Position numbers and translations under genes: made by a program. The notes beneath the pieces are model-generated. The model made no database searches and had not been told where the DNA came from. It worked only from the letters and a program-made list of their open reading frames with translations. Source: Halocafeteria seosinensis (lineage: Eukaryota). From it: a stretch of DNA of 20,000 nt. Shown here piece after piece: positions 18,138-20,000 of this stretch. The stretch is from positions 52,361 to 72,360 of the forward strand of contig LVLI01000226.1 of NCBI GenBank assembly GCA_001687465.1. The letters are read 5' to 3'. Numbering within the stretch: the stretch's first letter is position 1; the number at the start of each line of letters is the position of its first letter.

Positions 18138-19794
18138 GGGGCATGTGATACGTAGTTGGGACAGGTTTTGTCGTGCGGATGTCTCGATATGCCGTAGTGT
18201 GTGTTTCTTTTTGAGATTTTGGAGTTCGGGAGTGCGAGACCCGCGGTACCGCCACTGACGCTACCACACGAGTACTGATTCAACCGGAGTTTCGCGTTCG
18301 GTTTTATAAAGACAGTGCTTTCGTGTGCATTCAACCGCGGTTCAAGTATCGTCACAGCCACGTTGAGTTCAACAACGTTGACGTTGCCCGTGTATCGTGC
18401 GCTTCCTCTTGCAACACGTCCACCCACCTGGCTGGTGCACAAGCTCAGGAGGTAGGTAGTGGCACCACTGCTCGGCAATGGACGTCCGACGAACCACTTC
18501 CCTGAAGAACTGTAAGGCTGAACTCAAATCACTCGCATACTGTATCCCCGCTTCAGTGGCTCAAACAGATCTAAAGGATTAGCGAACACCTCCTCTGTGA
18601 TGTCAGGCTTACAGCACTCGCCAGTACCGCACCAAGTGCCCTTCCCGAGCATGCGGAGGGTGATAATCAATGTTGTGCGCTCCCTCCATCTGGTGCAATT
18701 GTATTGCTGTGAATGGATAAAACAATACGTCCATGACAATCCTCGACTCGACTGGCAGAATGGAATGCGACCTTAGCGACGCTGAGCCCATGGTGGACGT
18801 CGGCTCCTGAACGCATCGGGAAGGCTCGGCTTAGCGTTGGAGTGACTTCAGGGAGTCACCCGATAGGACTGACAGGGTTGCAACTTGCACCGCCGTCAGT
18901 CCTTAGCTTGTGTCCGAAACCAATCGAAGTGTTCGCTTCACAAGAGGGGAAGCAGTTCCAAGAACAAAGTAGTGACAAAGTTGCGATCAGTAAGCTGCGA
19001 TCGTTTATTATTGTCATTTCCTGCAAGATGCGCAGTATTTCAGAAGCGCTAAAACTGTAGGAGTGGTAGTTCTCGATCAGCAATTAACGGGAACCGCTGG
19101 CACTCCTGTAGCCATGCAGAGTAGCGCTGTACTCTCTGGTGGCCGACGCTCGTAGGAGCTACTGCTAGCCAATGTGTGTAGGGTGTTAAGAGAACACACA
19201 CAGAGGCGACAGTGGGTAAAGAGGAGCTGAGGATGAAAAGTTCTCTCTTCTTCACTTCTACGAGCAAGTCAGACGAAAGTCGAAACGTGAGCCTGCGCTC
19301 CACCCCAATCGGGTGAAGCAGGCTAAGTGGGTATGGTTTGTACTGCTTATCCTGTGAGATATTGCATACACCGACACACACAAGTAGCAGCGGCCTGGGC
19401 GAGTGTTACCCCTCGTTTTGCAACTGAACGAGCGTTGGGTTCATTTGCGCCAACCCTGCTTCGAAGATTGCCTATGATTGTTAAACTGTCGATTCGGTTT
19501 CGAAAGAAATTTTCGTCGTGAGTTAACAGTCTTTGCAATCTCCGGGGAATGTTGCAAGAAGGTTACAGGAAATGAAGTTGGTCAAAAGCCACTCTTTTGA
19601 CTTCTTCAGAAAGGCTCAATCTGCCTTGGTTTTCTATCGTATGTGCTGTATCGAAAATCACTCGATTCTCGATGAGACATCCTCTCACATTCTCTGTGTG
19701 AGTGTGGTGTATCGTATACCAGGTTATGCTGTCAACTTGGGAAAAGTCATCTCCCTGGGGACACAGATAAACTTGGTATGCGATGTACGATAGA
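18050..19794 (+). other. Probable 5' external transcribed spacer of the pre-rRNA (5' boundary is a guess)
   Basis: Non-coding DNA directly upstream of 18S with multiple stems: 19581-19601, 19711-19784, and 19628-19642 paired with 19785-19798. Confidence 0.6.
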
Positions 19795-20000
19795 AACCTG
19801 GTTGATCCTGCCAGTAGTCATACGCTTGTCTCAAAGATTAAGCCATGCATGTCTAAGTATAAGCCTTTATACGGTGAAACTGCGAATGGCTCATTATATC
19901 AGTTATAGTTTCTTTGATAGTCCCTCTACATGGATAACCGTAGTAATTCTAGAGCTAATACATGCGCTAACCCCCTGTCAAGGGTGTATTTATTAGATAC
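19795..20000 (+). rRNA. 18S (SSU) rRNA, 5' part; continues beyond the window
   Basis: The universal eukaryotic start AACCTGGTTGATCCTGCCAGT is followed by GTCTCAAAGATTAAGCCATGCATGTCTAAG, GAAACTGCGAATGGCTCATT and GGATAACCGTAGTAATTCTAGAGCTAATACATGC. Confidence 0.99.

Noticed and set aside
14000..19790. 5S rRNA, 28S 3' end, tRNA or telomeric repeats in the spacer
   Set aside because: No conserved 5S or 28S blocks, no cloverleaf, and only isolated TTAGGG-like words were seen by eye.
13933..19793. Numerous 60-144 aa ORFs in the spacer, including 15051-15341, 15068-15307 and 18044-18478
   Set aside because: No recognisable domains, many non-ATG starts, and no consistent exon chain could be built. 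A degraded gene or TE remnant cannot be excluded without a search.
19778..19996. 72-aa ORF MRCTIETWLILPVV...
   Set aside because: It is a spurious translation of 18S rRNA.

Overview
This is compact, intron-rich eukaryotic nuclear DNA. The 18S 5' end reads GTAGTCATACGCTTGTCTC, which suggests a stramenopile-like protist (inference). The left 14 kb holds seven tightly packed genes: MCM8 (3'-truncated by the window edge), MAK16, a MORN2-like protein, an orphan signal-peptide protein, PEX2, an intronless ~1424-aa protein with sperm-tail PG-rich (STPG/SHIPPO)-like motifs, and COQ7. The spliced genes use short GT-AG introns (about 59-115 nt). The only long intron (MAK16 intron 3, 412 nt) carries two paralogous box C/D snoRNA-like elements. 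The right 6 kb is non-coding and leads into an 18S rRNA gene at 19795. It contains a (CA)n/AT-rich island, a diverged ~300-bp direct repeat ~1.3 kb apart (candidate Pol I spacer and gene promoters), clustered TGACGT(GG/CA) palindromic motifs and a strongly base-paired 5' ETS end. No upstream 28S or 5S sequence is seen, so the window looks like the junction between single-copy genes and the first (or a solitary) rDNA unit.
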